Assembly (NCBI GenBank): GCA_030390025.1
Contig: CM059430.1
Span: 68,138,001 to 68,202,000 of the forward strand
Length of the DNA: 64,000 bases
Reading direction: 5' to 3'
Origin: Squalus acanthias
Taxonomy: Eukaryota
Made by a program: the position numbers and the translations under genes
Notes under the pieces: generated by a model
What the model saw: the letters and a program-made list of their open reading frames with translations, nothing else
What the model was told of the DNA's origin: nothing
Databases searched by the model: none
Shown here: in pieces, positions 12,201 through 23,955 of the stretch
Position numbering within the stretch: the stretch's first letter is position 1
Layout of the letters: each line of letters begins with the position of its first letter

Positions 12201-13434
12201 TTGAAACTACGTTGTAAATATAAGAAGATAAACCGTGATCGCAGAGGATTTGTTCGACAGTTTTCGCCCATTGTGCACACACCATTCGCGCCTTTAGTAC
12301 ATAGCGAATCCTTTTATTTGAGCTTGGAAATTGACTGCAGATGTCACTCTCGTGTGGGGAGATATCTATCCCGGCAAGTCCAACATCTTCCTGCAGAGGT
12401 TATTGAGCCCAATACCAGATCGGTTTGGAAGCAGAATTTGTTTCTGGGTGATATTTTATTCCGAGGCAGCTATAATTTTGCGTTCGACATCGCCAGAGCT
12501 GATCGATGACTATCCAGTATCACTTGGCTTTAGGCTGTGGGCTACAGATTGGTGGTTCGGGGAGGGAAGCATCTGCTATTACAAAGTGGAACACTTGTAT
12601 GTTTCTAGAGGGTGAATATTTTAATATATATGTCCACCTGAAGTTATAATAGACATTATTTTGTTTCCTGCTCCGTGCCAGATAAAATCGGTTAATTTGA
12701 CCGTGCGAACTCATGTTGTTTGAAAAAATCAACAAAATCATTGAACATCATGGTAATTTTGTAATTTCAGCCTTTAGTTTGACGACTGGAGATATGTTAA
12801 AGCAGAGCAGCTGCGGCGCAGAATAAATTGGGGACGACTTTAATCTGCACTTAGGGCGTACAAAATAACTCTGTACAACCATATAGAACCTTGAAATATT
12901 TTGAATAAATTTTAGGGTTCTTATATTATTTAACACAAATAATATGCGACGCAGGTAGGCATGGTTTCGGTATTTTAAAAAACGAGGAAAAAGTTATCAG
13001 CATGTAAAGCTGCAAATGGATAATGCGGTTATTAGCCGGTGCACGCTCAGGGTTTGTAAAATTTCCCAGTTTTTAAAAAAATAACAAAGGCATTCATCTG
13101 TTTATTTTTACATGAAGGGGTAGATTTTCAACTTGCCGCACGGGAGTCACACTGATGTTCAGAATGGGCCACCTGTTATGGTCACAATCCTTGGGCTGTT
13201 TCTACGATGCACGCGTAATATTAACTACTTATTTTAACTATTTAGAAATTAGACGCCCGGATCTCCACTTCCATTGACTTCAGTGGAAAGGAACATCCAG
13301 CGTAGTTTAGAATGAGATACTCATTCAATGAAGCTGATGGGCGGAAAATTGATCACTGACAAAATGTCCAGCACCCATATTTATTTTGAAATAACGGACA
13401 TTTGAGGTTGCTTTCTCCACCCAGTTTCACTTAC

Positions 13435-13468
13435 CAGAGATTCACTCAGAACTGAGCGTCAATAGCAA
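13435..13468 (-). pseudogene. Decayed duplicate: V exon reduced to 34 nt by internal deletion, with in-frame TGA
   Basis: Starts TTGCTATTGACGCTCAGTTC, identical to the gene B V exon start. CGA has become TGA, and the sequence then joins directly to the V-exon end TCTCTG|GTAAGTGAAACTG. Acceptor and donor are both intact. Confidence 0.85.
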
Positions 13469-13592
13469 CTGTTAGGAAACAAAACGGTAATTTTAAATAA
13501 AGCTCGAAGTAGGAATGAGGGAGATACATTTAACAGGGTATAAAAAGGGGGAGAGGGAGAGCCGAGAAACGCAGAAAAAGAGCAGAAGATAA

Positions 13593-13647
13593 CTGTGTAA
13601 ATAATCGCGAGGACCCATATGACCAACAGTACAGAGCATCCAGACAT
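13593..13647 (-). pseudogene. Decayed duplicate: leader exon MSGCSVLLVIWVLAIIYT with mutated donor
   Basis: 55-nt leader homologous to A and B. The phase-1 donor reads G|TTATCT instead of G|GT. Confidence 0.75.
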
Positions 13648-14735
13648 ATTGAACAATACAAATCGCCCTCTTTGCTGTGAATAACAACAATCATTTGGGA
13701 AAAAATGGTTTGTGCATAATCTGTCATAAAATGACACGCAATATCAAAAGGCAGAATCGGAGCTGGCAAATGAGGCGCTAATTGAAGTGCGTAGGGTGAT
13801 GTTTCCCGAAGCCCCATTCGGTCGGAAGTGCACCCGGTATTCCATTCCGCCGACCCAGTAACTCCACAGCTCATCCAAATGAATTACCGAGTCAGAAACA
13901 AGTATTTACTAATATTGCGCTTCGGCTGAGAACCGTTCAGCTCTTGGGCGCAAGTGAATATGAGGATGAAAACTGGATGCTGTTGCAGCAATTATTATGC
14001 TGTAGCAAATTAATTTAATCAAATGATTTTATGACTAAAGCGACACTTTACGACACTGCAGTAATGACGTGGTGTGGCCTGCAATTGTAATAATGTGCTT
14101 TCCTGTCTACAGCTGGCCATAGGATCAAATATTCACCTCTAACCTGTTTTCACAGAAAGGTTGAATGGTCACTGGCAATGTTAGCAGAGGTCTGGGACTA
14201 GAAAGTAAGAATATATCCCGGGGAATATCGAGGCTGATGCAGAAAACTAAATACTTTCAGAAAGTCAGATCGCATAAAGTGGAGACAAAACATAAAAAAT
14301 GTATATTAATAAGTGACAATCATCCTACCGCAGCCACCAGGCTGAATTTCACATTCCATGCCATCAAAAGATTGATAATCGCTGATATTTTAGCTGTTTC
14401 CGGAAATAAATTGTTTTAAAAAATTGCGTACAATTTCTGCATTGAAAGTATAGTTGCCACATACCACATATTTAATGACAAAATGCAGTATTGTCAAATT
14501 AGCCACGGCAGTGGATTTATGCTCCGTGTGGAGTCAAAATGAAGCAGTGAGCGACTATCCGCTGAAAGGAATGTCACTCCGCTTCTCTCGGAGTCGGGTC
14601 CTGACTGCGGGTCTACACTACAGGTTTGCCTATGGTGCTAATTGAAGTGCATTCCTACCGACGCCAAACTTGCAGTGTAAATGCACACTTATTTAACTAC
14701 AGTTCATGGCGTTCGTGAGAATGTCGGCACGTTAC

Positions 14736-15044
14736 CTATTTTAGAAATCGGAACAATGAATCTCTCACTAGCTGGATCCGTCAGTGTCAGGTGAGACACT
14801 TGACAAGTATAAACAGTCCCGCTCCGGACGGGCTGTGTCTCCTTCAACAGGCTGGAAACTTCATACAGTCCGTTCATGTTCAAATTTGTACTTGTCTCTA
14901 TGCCGATCACAATCTCAATTCCATCTTTATACCAAGTGAGGTTGAGAGTCCCCGGATAAAACTCATCCGTTTTACACACGAGATTCAGAGCAGAGGAGTT
15001 TAATTCAGGTACTTTGGAGAAAATCGTCAGCGGAGTTGGCGGAA
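14736..15044 (-). CDS. Gene B exon 3: Ig C1-set domain
   Basis: Acceptor tttatttctacag, donor G|GTAACG, 309 nt. VPPTPL...LVC...FYP..L.LTWYKDG...NGLYEVSS.L...YTCQVSHLTL. Confidence 0.92.
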
Positions 15045-16070
15045 CTGTAGAAATAAAACAGGTCAGAAATAGCATTTGGGCTGTTTTGTTCTTGAGTTTA
15101 CAAATTTATCTTCTCTTTATTTGGAGCCTTTAAATAGGAAGTCATTAATGTATCTTAATGTTCAATGACTGCCGCGCAATTTTTATTCATTACATACAAA
15201 TTAATTAACTAAAATATTTCGGAAATAATACAATGTTTTACTTCTATGGCAGTTTCTAGCAATATATTGCAGGGCTATGGGGAAAGAGCAGGGGATTGGG
15301 CCAATCAGATTGCTCTTTCAAAGTGCCGGCTCAGGCACGATGGGCAAAATGGTCTCATTCTGTGCTGTATCATTCTATAACTTTTGAATTTTGATTTTTA
15401 TCAATAAACCGCCAATTTAAATATTTTAAAGCATCAGAAAAATAGGTTAGTATGTAATAGGACGAAACATCGTGCACAGCGAACCTTGAAATCTAATCTT
15501 GTCCCCCTCCAATAAAATCGATTGTTATTTCAAACTACTAACAACTCTAGTTTTGTGTCAGTTAGAAAGTTTGTGTGAAATGCACAAATTCTTATTCGGC
15601 AACATTTTTTTTTAAAGTGAAGAGATTGGTTTTGCAGAATTTGAAACAGGTCATCATCTAAAAAGGGTGAATTTGTAGTTTGGGAACATAACTATATTAA
15701 AAACAAAACATTGTAGACCATATAGTGATTTTCAGTCTGAGCAAGTGCGAGTTACCTGGATAATGCTGTGTTCGTCCCGAACCATAACACGGGGATACCG
15801 CACTGATAATATGGAAGGTGTATTGGAATTCACATTAACAAGTCGTAATTTAAAGCGCTCGGTGTGTTTTTTAAAATTTGTTTGTATGCATACTTCATAT
15901 TTGATGAAGAGATTTAAACAAACGAGACAACGCAGCATTATCATTACAGAATGTTGTCGCCCGCGTTTTTCGTCAAAATCTCAGTAACATTTACTGACGG
16001 GTAAAAAGCACAATCGTCTAATTTTATATTGTATTCTTATATAAATCTGGAAATAGATATGAAAACTATT

Positions 16071-16167
16071 CTGACGAAAGGTCATCGACCTGAAACGTTA
16101 ACTCTCTTTCTCTCTCCACGGATGCTGCCTGGCCTGCTGAGTTTTTCCAGCGTTTTCTGTTGTTATT
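16071..16167 (+). mobile_element. 97-bp Penelope-type mini-insert beginning with a hammerhead core; 13-bp TSD
   Basis: CTGACGA-a-aggtc atc gacct-GAAA-cgtt-aac. TATGAAAACTATT is duplicated at 16058-16070 and 16168-16180. Confidence 0.78.
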
Positions 16168-16560
16168 TATGAAAACTATTGGTGCTCAAGATAAATTAGG
16201 AGCAGATGTTAGAACTGTATAGGGCGCATTAAAGTAAATCAAGGCGTGTCGATGTAAGAGCTGGAGAAACGACTTAAAATGATTATAGCAACACTGTTAA
16301 CATGCGTTTGGAGCAAACTTCTTCTTTCACACTTTGGAATCAATAACGTTACACAATGAAACGAAGATTCCGGTGACTATAATACACAGTATAAAAGGGA
16401 ATACATATACATCAAGGGGACGCTTCAGTTAAAATATGCTTCAACATTAAGTAGCAAGGATTGAAAGTGTAGTTTGGTGCAGCATTTTTAGTTTAATATT
16501 CTAACAAGAACACCACACATCTCTGTGTTGCAGCTCATTCGGCTCCACAGTTTCACTTAC

Positions 16561-16881
16561 CGGAGACTTTGATCGTTGAGCCTGTTCCGTTTACAATCCT
16601 GCTTCCCAGGTTTCTCACTCCGCAGTAATAGACCCCAGAGTCCCACGCACTGATATTCAGGAGATGAAAGGAGGCTCCCCCTTGTTTAAAAAGGAGAAAT
16701 GTTTTCCTGTTGTCGGAGGCTGTTTGAAGAAATTTACTTTCGCCAAGTTTCCACCAATAAACACTCACATCAGAGTTATCTTGAAAAATGGGGAATGTGC
16801 AATAGAAGGTGATGTTTGAACCCACGAGCAAGCTCTTGCTTTCAGGAGCCTGGGAGACTCGGAACTGAGCGTCAATAGCAA
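16561..16881 (-). CDS. Gene B exon 2: Ig V-set domain with germline-joined J-like G strand
   Basis: Acceptor tttcctgacag, donor G|GTAAGT, 321 nt. Motifs VSQAP, TFYC, VYWWK, DSGVYYC and VNGTGSTIKV. About 45% identical to the gene A V domain by manual ungapped alignment. Confidence 0.93.
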
Positions 16882-16970
16882 CTGTCAGGAAACACAATGA
16901 TAATTATAAATAAAACATGAAAATGGAATGCACGGGGATTTATGAAGAGAAAAAGAACAATAGAAAATAC

Positions 16971-17025
16971 CTGTGCACATAATCCCCAGGAGCCGCATGG
17001 ACTGAAGTACCCCGACTATAAACAT
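16971..17025 (-). CDS. Gene B (activating-type VJ-C1 IgSF receptor) exon 1: signal peptide MFIVGVLQSMRLLGIMCT
   Basis: ATG at 17025, 55 nt, donor G|GTATTT. An 89-nt intron separates it from the V exon. Homologous to the gene A leader (VLQ...LG.M.T). Confidence 0.85.
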
Positions 17026-17844
17026 GTTTAACGACGGGCATTTATCGCTTTTTGCGAGGAAGCACAAAGCTCTGGCGATAACCTGCGAGCAGATGACATC
17101 CGCCTGAACTGGCAGAGCCAATGAATGAGTTGATTTTAATGTGCGAATTGCGTGGGAGTAGCTGAACGCTCAATCAGACTTGGAAGCTCGTCACAATGTT
17201 AATAGTGTTAGTCAAAATCCAGACCACAGCGGGAAACTGGGCGCGGGATAAACGTGGTAGAAAATATCCTTCTGGAAATAGGAAGCTTGATGTTAGCTTC
17301 TTTACTTGATGTTAGCTCATCAATATATACAAATTGTCTATTACCTGAGATGAAGATTTATTTCAGATGCAGTGACATCTCTACGGCCTACCCCTGCAGC
17401 GTCGTTCGCAAATATCTCAGAAACAACAACCCAGAAAATACAGGAACCTCTAAGCAGGTCGCTCAACATCTGAGGAGAAATCACACGAGTTACCGTTCTG
17501 GGCATAACACTTCTTCAGAACTGGAAAAAAGAGCAAGATTTAAATAGCATCAGAGCAAAGGGAAAAAGGTGAAAACAAAATCGCACCAGAGAAACAGAAT
17601 ACATTGTCAGTGCTGTAATGTCCTGGAATAAAGTTTTAATGGACGGAATGATATTAATATTGAGTTCAAAGGAAAGGAAAGTCCGGCAAGGTTTAAAACG
17701 GACGGCTGATCCTCTATCACCCGTTTGTCATCTTGTGATCTCTCTCGATTTTCATTGCCATCCTTAGAGGTTTATAAAGGGCGGTTGATACCATATCACC
17801 CGCTTAATACTAACCCACAGTCAAAATTACATTTCATTAAAAGA

Positions 17845-20660
17845 TAGAATCATAGAATCATAGACTCGTACAGGAAAGGTAGAGGCCATTAGGCCCATCA
17901 TGCCTGTGCCGGTTCTTTTACAGAGTTATCCAATTAGTCCCACACTAATGTCACGTTCCTATAGCCACGCGACTGATTCCCCTTCAAGAATTTATCCAAT
18001 TACCCTTTGAATGTTATTTTTGAATCTACTGCCACCGTCCTTTCAGGCAGTGCATTAGAGATCATAAGAACCAGCTGCGTTGGAAAAAAATCTCATTGTT
18101 TCCCCTTTTATTCTTTTGCCAATTACCTTAAATCTGTTTCCTCTGGTTACCGACCCTCCTCTCAGTGGAAACCGTTTCTCCGAACTTACACTATCAAAAC
18201 TTCATGTAATTTTGAAAATCTCTGTTAAATCTACCCTTAACATACTCTACTATAAAGAGAACAATCCCAGGTTGTCTAGCCTCTCCGCATAACTGAAATC
18301 TCTCATCCCTGGTTCTATTCTAGTAAATCTCCTCTGCATCCTGGCCTAGGCTCTTACCTAAAGTGTGCTGATCAGAATAGCACACAGTACTCCAGCTAAG
18401 GCCTAACCAGTGATTTATAAAGTTTTAGCATAACGTCCTTGTTTTTGCATTCTATGCCTCTATTTATAAAGCCAAGGATCCCGTATGATTTTCTGAAAAG
18501 CCTCATCAACTCTTCCTGTCACCTGCAAAGATTTGTGTAAAGAAAAAGCAAAGACTTGCATTTATATAGCGCCGTTCACGACCACCCAACGTCCCAAAGC
18601 GTTTTACAGCCAATGAAGTACTTCTTGAAGAGTAGTCACTATTGTAATGTAGAAAACGCGTCAGCAACTTTACACACACCTAGCTCCGACAAACAGCAAT
18701 GTGATAATCTGTTGATTGAGGGATAAATATTGGCCAGGACACCAGGAATAACTCCCCTGCTCTTCTTCGAAATAGTGCCATAGAAACTTTTACGTCCACC
18801 TGAGAGAGCAGACAGGTGATCGGAAAGACCGCACCTCCGACAGTGCAGCACTCCCTCAGTAATATACTCGAGTGAGATTTTTGTGCTCAAGTGTCTGGAG
18901 TGGGACTTGAACCCGCAACCTTCGGACTCCACGGCGAAGGTGCTACCAGCTGAGCGACGCCTGACACTTGTGTACGAAAAACATAGGTGTCTCTCCTCCT
19001 GCACCCCATTTAAAATATTCTCATTTTGTTTATATTGCCTCTCCTCATTCGTCCTTCCAAAATGGATCACTTCACACTTCTCTGCATTTAACATTAATCT
19101 GCCATGGATCTGCTCATTTCGCCAGTCTGTCTATGTCCTCCTGAATTCTGCTACTATGCTCCCCACTGTGAAGTACATTTCCGACCTTCGTGTCATCTGC
19201 AAACTTGGAAATAATTCTCTGTCTACCCAAGACTAGGTCATTAATATATATCAAAATAAGCAGTGGTCCGAATAACGACCCCCTAGTGGGTATTATTGTA
19301 TATATCCCTCCAGTTCGAAAGGCCATATACACAACATTAACCACACTACCCTCATCAACCCTTCCTTTTATTTCATCAAAGAACTCAATCAAGTTTGACA
19401 CATTCGATTTTCCTTTAACAAATCCGTGTTGGCTGTCATGTATTAAACATATTTTCGAAGTGAGAAATAATTTCGGCCAAGTTTCTTTTCTCTAAAAGTT
19501 TCCCCAACTCTGACGTTAGTTTGACTGGCCTGCAGTTACTGGGTTTATTCCTCTCCCCTTTTTGAACAGGGGTGTAACATTTGTATCCCTCTAGTCCTTT
19601 GCCACCAGTCCCATTCGCAAGGCAGATTTAAAGATTGTGGCTATTTCCGCACTTACTTCCCCCAGCAACGTAGTATGCATCCCATCTGAATCGGCTGAAT
19701 TTTTTACTTTGAGCGGTGCCAATCATTTAATGGCTTCTCTTTAGCTATTTTTATACTACCTTCTTTCTGTACCCATCCTCATTTATTGTGACATTGGGAG
19801 GATCATCTTCTTTTGTGCAGCCAGATGCAAACTATTCATTTAGTACATTAGCCATGCCTTCGGCCTCCATAAGAAGTTCCCTTGTTCTGTTCCTAATCAG
19901 CCCCAACCTTCCTTTGACTTCCTTTTTAATATGTATATGTTTATAAACGACTTTAGTTTAGTTTTTTATGTTACCTGCTAATCTTTTCTCATAGACTTTC
20001 TTTGCCAGTCGTGTTTGCTTTCTCAGTTCTGCTTTGCACTTTTTGAATTCTGCTGGATTCTCTAATGTATAAAAGATTTGACATTTACCATAAGCGTCCT
20101 TTTCCGGTTTAATTGAAATCTCTATCTTTTTATTCATCTAGGGAGATCTAGCTTTGAATGCCCTTCGTGTCCCCATCAAGTACACAAACTATACCCTCTC
20201 TGAAGGCCTCGAATTTCTCATTTAACGTTTTCCTGCTAAGCTTAGATTCCAATCCATCTGGAACAGATTCCTTTTCAGCTCACGAAAATTAGTGCTCTTC
20301 CAGTTGAATATCTTGACCTTATTGTTCCTTGTTCCTTTCCCTAACTACTCTACACCTAATGATATTGTGATCACAGTTTCCCCAAAAATCTCCCCCTGAA
20401 ACTTACTTCACTTGCCCCATTTCACTTCCCAGAACGAGATCCAACACTGCTTCCTTCATATTAAGGATGGAAACACACTGATCAAGAAAGTTATCCTGTA
20501 CAAATGTCAGGAATGCATCCGCTCATTGCATATTACTCCGTTTTTTGCTCAGTCTATTTTAGGATAACTGAATTATCCCATTATCATTACTCTATTGTTT
20601 TTTCAACTTTCTAAATTAGCTGGGAAATTTGCTCCTCCATCTTCTTCCCGGATCACTTCT
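17845..20660 (-). mobile_element. Degenerate CR1 LINE interrupted by a Deu-SINE
   Basis: NLIEFFDE, ISKFADDTK and NAEKCEVIHFG motifs; (CTATGATT)n tail at ~17845. Confidence 0.88.
18540..18965 (-). mobile_element. Deu-domain SINE (SacSINE1-like); further copies at ~45590-46045 and ~47545-47965
   Basis: tRNA-like head (GGTTCAAGTCCC), conserved core and L2-type tail GCGCTATATAAATGCAAGTCTTT. Three mutually similar copies in the window. Family name from recall. Confidence 0.7.
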
Positions 20661-22837
20661 GAAATGAGCAGAAATCGACTGTTCTTATGTTTCCAGAAAA
20701 TAAGAGCGTTTTTGAATTTCTATGCAGGAATCCGAGTCTCCGCTGCCTCACTCCAGCTTTTGGTAATCCCACCCCTTTTACCATTGCATTATTGGCTGTC
20801 CCTTTATCCACCTTGGCCCCACGTTCCCTCCTTAAAGCGACTGCCTGTTCACCTCTCTCTCCCTCTTTAATACCCTAATTAAAATCTTCCTCTTTGACAA
20901 ATCTTTTGGTTACACTCCCTATTACATTTTTCTATCCAGCGGCCATTTTTGAATACCTCTCTGTGGAGACCATTGGGGCGTTTTTCTAAGTTAATGGCAT
21001 TGTTTGAACGCAATTTGCTGTCGTAAATAACAAACAACTGGACAAAGTCATTGCACCAGAACTGCTTGTTACCAGGATGAGTGTGGATAAGACGTTCATG
21101 AAGGGCTATTGCTCAATAACTACCATTTCACAATTAAGAAACCGTGGTCTATGTTTATATATCCGTTGCAGCTTCAAACTTATCAACAGCCCTGACTTTT
21201 CAAACTATTCACATCTGTAATTATAGCTCAGTTTCAGTGTAACCACTTCTACAAATAGGAAACTTTGCATGTGTGCGCTTGAATGATAAATATTCTGATA
21301 ACTAACATCTCTTTATTGTATACAATGGTGCGTGAGAACTGTGTGCATAACTTTGCAAGGTAAAAGACTGTTTGTGAATATGTCCGTGCCGATTAACACA
21401 TCTGTTGGATACATTTTAATGAGTTAATTGATCAACACTGCCAACCAGCAAAATATGTTATTTGTGCGACTAATAATATACAATGCGTGTTTCCATCAGA
21501 TATAATCGATTTTTTGTATGCTAATTTGTGTTGGCTGCAAGCGACAATTTTCAGTTTTCTGAAAACCTTTGTGAGAGCGTTACTTCCATAAATTTTCAGT
21601 ACCGAGGACTTATACTGAAATATTCTAGCATGGATCCCGCGGCCATAGAAATGGGGTCAATTTTGTGGGCAAGGTCAGATCTGGAAGTGATAGTAGGTTA
21701 GGAGGAAGGATCAGGTGGATGTCTCGCTGAGAGCTGAGAGGAGAAGACAGCACACTCTACAGCTGAGAACCGATAGAATCATACTGGGAATTGTAAATCC
21801 AAAAAACGGTTCGGGTGGGGGCGGTGGAAGGTTAAAGTATAAAAAATGTGAATCCCGACCACAATCCGCCTCCAACACGCCCATTTCCGGATTCAACGGA
21901 GGCGGGACGTGGGACTTTAAATTATAACGAGGCTGAAGCCTTTGATTTAATATGCTGTGCAGGTTTAACTGTGTCCCGACGGGGAGCCGGCCCTCGGGAT
22001 TCCCTACAGCTGCAAGGAGGTGAAGACAGCCTCGGGGTGCAATCCTTAAGGGCTGCAAGTAGCAGAAGTGCTTCCTCCTGGACCACAAGGTTCGCCCCCT
22101 CCCCCACCCATCAGTTCCCCCTCTATTATCTGGGACCTCACGGATTGGAACCCCCTCGGGTCGGGGATCAGAACCACCCGTGTTCCGACCCCCAACCTCG
22201 GGTCGTGGATTGGATTCTCCGGGATTAGACCCCAAACGAAGGTCGGGACTCACACCTCCCTGGTCCTGCGACCGCCTGTACAGCGTTCCCGACCGCCTGG
22301 AAACCTTGCTGTGTAGTTAAAACTTCTGGCGGGAAGGAACTTCAAAATTCCGACATAGAATCAGGCAATCATACAGTACAGAAGGAAGACATTCTGCCTA
22401 TCTTGTCTGTGCCAGCTATTTGAACGCGCTATCCAATTATTACCACTCCCATGGTCTTGCAACATAGTGCTGCAAATGTTGTAATTTAAGTAGAGATCTG
22501 CTTCCCTTTTGAAATTTACTATTGAATCTGTTTATACCAGCCTTTCAGGCTGTGTCTTCCAGATCATAACAACTCGGGTGTAACAATATATCTGCCCATC
22601 TGCACCCTGGATTTTTTGCCAATTATCTTAAATCTGTGTCCTGTTGCTCCGACCATCCTGCCAGTGGAAACACTTTGGCCGCAGTTTTTCAATTGGAGAG
22701 AGTGCGGGTTTGCGAGTGGGTTAGCAGTTAATAGTGCAGAAATTGACAGCGTGTCGGGAAGCTGCCTTCCAGCCGCTAATTTTAGCCTTTTACTCTGGTG
22801 CGTTTCTCAGCGCGCCAGAGACACGCTCGGGAGAGGC

Positions 22838-23625
22838 AGGCAGGTAACATTCGCGCCGCAGAAGTGCCAGGCAATGACTTTCTCCAACAAGCGAGAGGCC
22901 AACCACATCCCCATGACATTCAACGGCATTACCTTTGCCGAATCCCCCACCATCAACATCCTGGGGGTCACCATTGACCAGAAACTTAACTGGAGCAGCA
23001 ACATAAATACTGCGGCAACAAGAGCAGGTCAGAGGCTAGGTATTCTGCGGTGAGTGTTTCACCTCCTGACTCCCCAAAGCCTTTCCACCATCTACAAGGC
23101 ACAAGTGAGGAGTGTGATGGAATATTATCCACTTTTCTGAATGAGTGCAGCTGAAGCAACACTCAAGAAGCTCGACACCATCCAGGACAAAGCAGCCCGC
23201 TTGATTGGCACCCAATCCACCACCTTAAACATTCATTCCCTCCACCACTAGCGTACCGTGGCTGCAGTGTGTACCCTCTACAAGATGCTCTGCAGCAACG
23301 TCGCCAAGGCTTCTTCGGCAGCACCTCCCAAACCACTTCCACCTAGAAGGACAAATGCAGCACGCGCATGAGAACACCACCACCTCAAGTTCCCCTCCAA
23401 GTCACACACAATCCTGACTAAGATGTATATTGCCGATCCTTCATCGTCGGTGGGTCAAAATCCTGGAACTCCCTTCCAAACAGCACTGTGGGAGTACCCT
23501 CACCACACGGACTGCAGCGGTTCAAGTAGGCGGCTCTTCCACCACCTTCTCAAGGTCATCTAGGGATGGGCAATAAATGCTGCCCGTGCCAGCGAGGCCC
23601 AGATCCCATGAACGAACAAACAAAA
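22838..23625 (+). mobile_element. 3' fragment of the second LINE family inserted in the Harbinger left arm
   Basis: QVTFAPQKCQAMT...ILGVTIDQKLNW and 3' end GGGCAATAAATGCTG...GCCAGCGA..CCCA.ATCCCATGAACGAA. Confidence 0.88.
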
Positions 23626-23740
23626 CTCATTAAAATATTTCAGAAGTGGTTAACGCGCTATTAACAGGTTTTTAAACTGGTGTAACAGCTTTCACTGTGC
23701 ACGGGATTCATGGGCTTCCTGAACCTTGTCTATGAATGGA

Positions 23741-23955
23741 AGTGAGAAGTCGCACAATACCAGGTTATAGTCCAACATTTTTATTTGAAATCACAAGCTT
23801 TGCGAGCTGCTGCTCCTTCGTCAGGTGAAGTCAGCAGCAGCAGGAGCAGCAGCTCCGAAAGCTTGTGATTTCAAATAAAACTGTTGGACTATAACCTGGT
23901 GTTGTGCGACTTCTCACTTTTGTCCACCCCAGTCCAACACCGGCATCTCCGCAAT
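23741..23955. mobile_element. Penelope-derived inverted pseudo-LTR pair (hairpin)
   Basis: ~77-bp arms GTGAGAAGTCGCACAA.ACCAGGTTATAGTCCAACA...CAAGCTTT in inverted orientation. Same family as 36462-37195. Confidence 0.75.

Noticed and set aside
14130-14300. TM exon belonging to the intact gene B unit
   Set aside because: The minus-strand frames I translated here give no hydrophobic helix.
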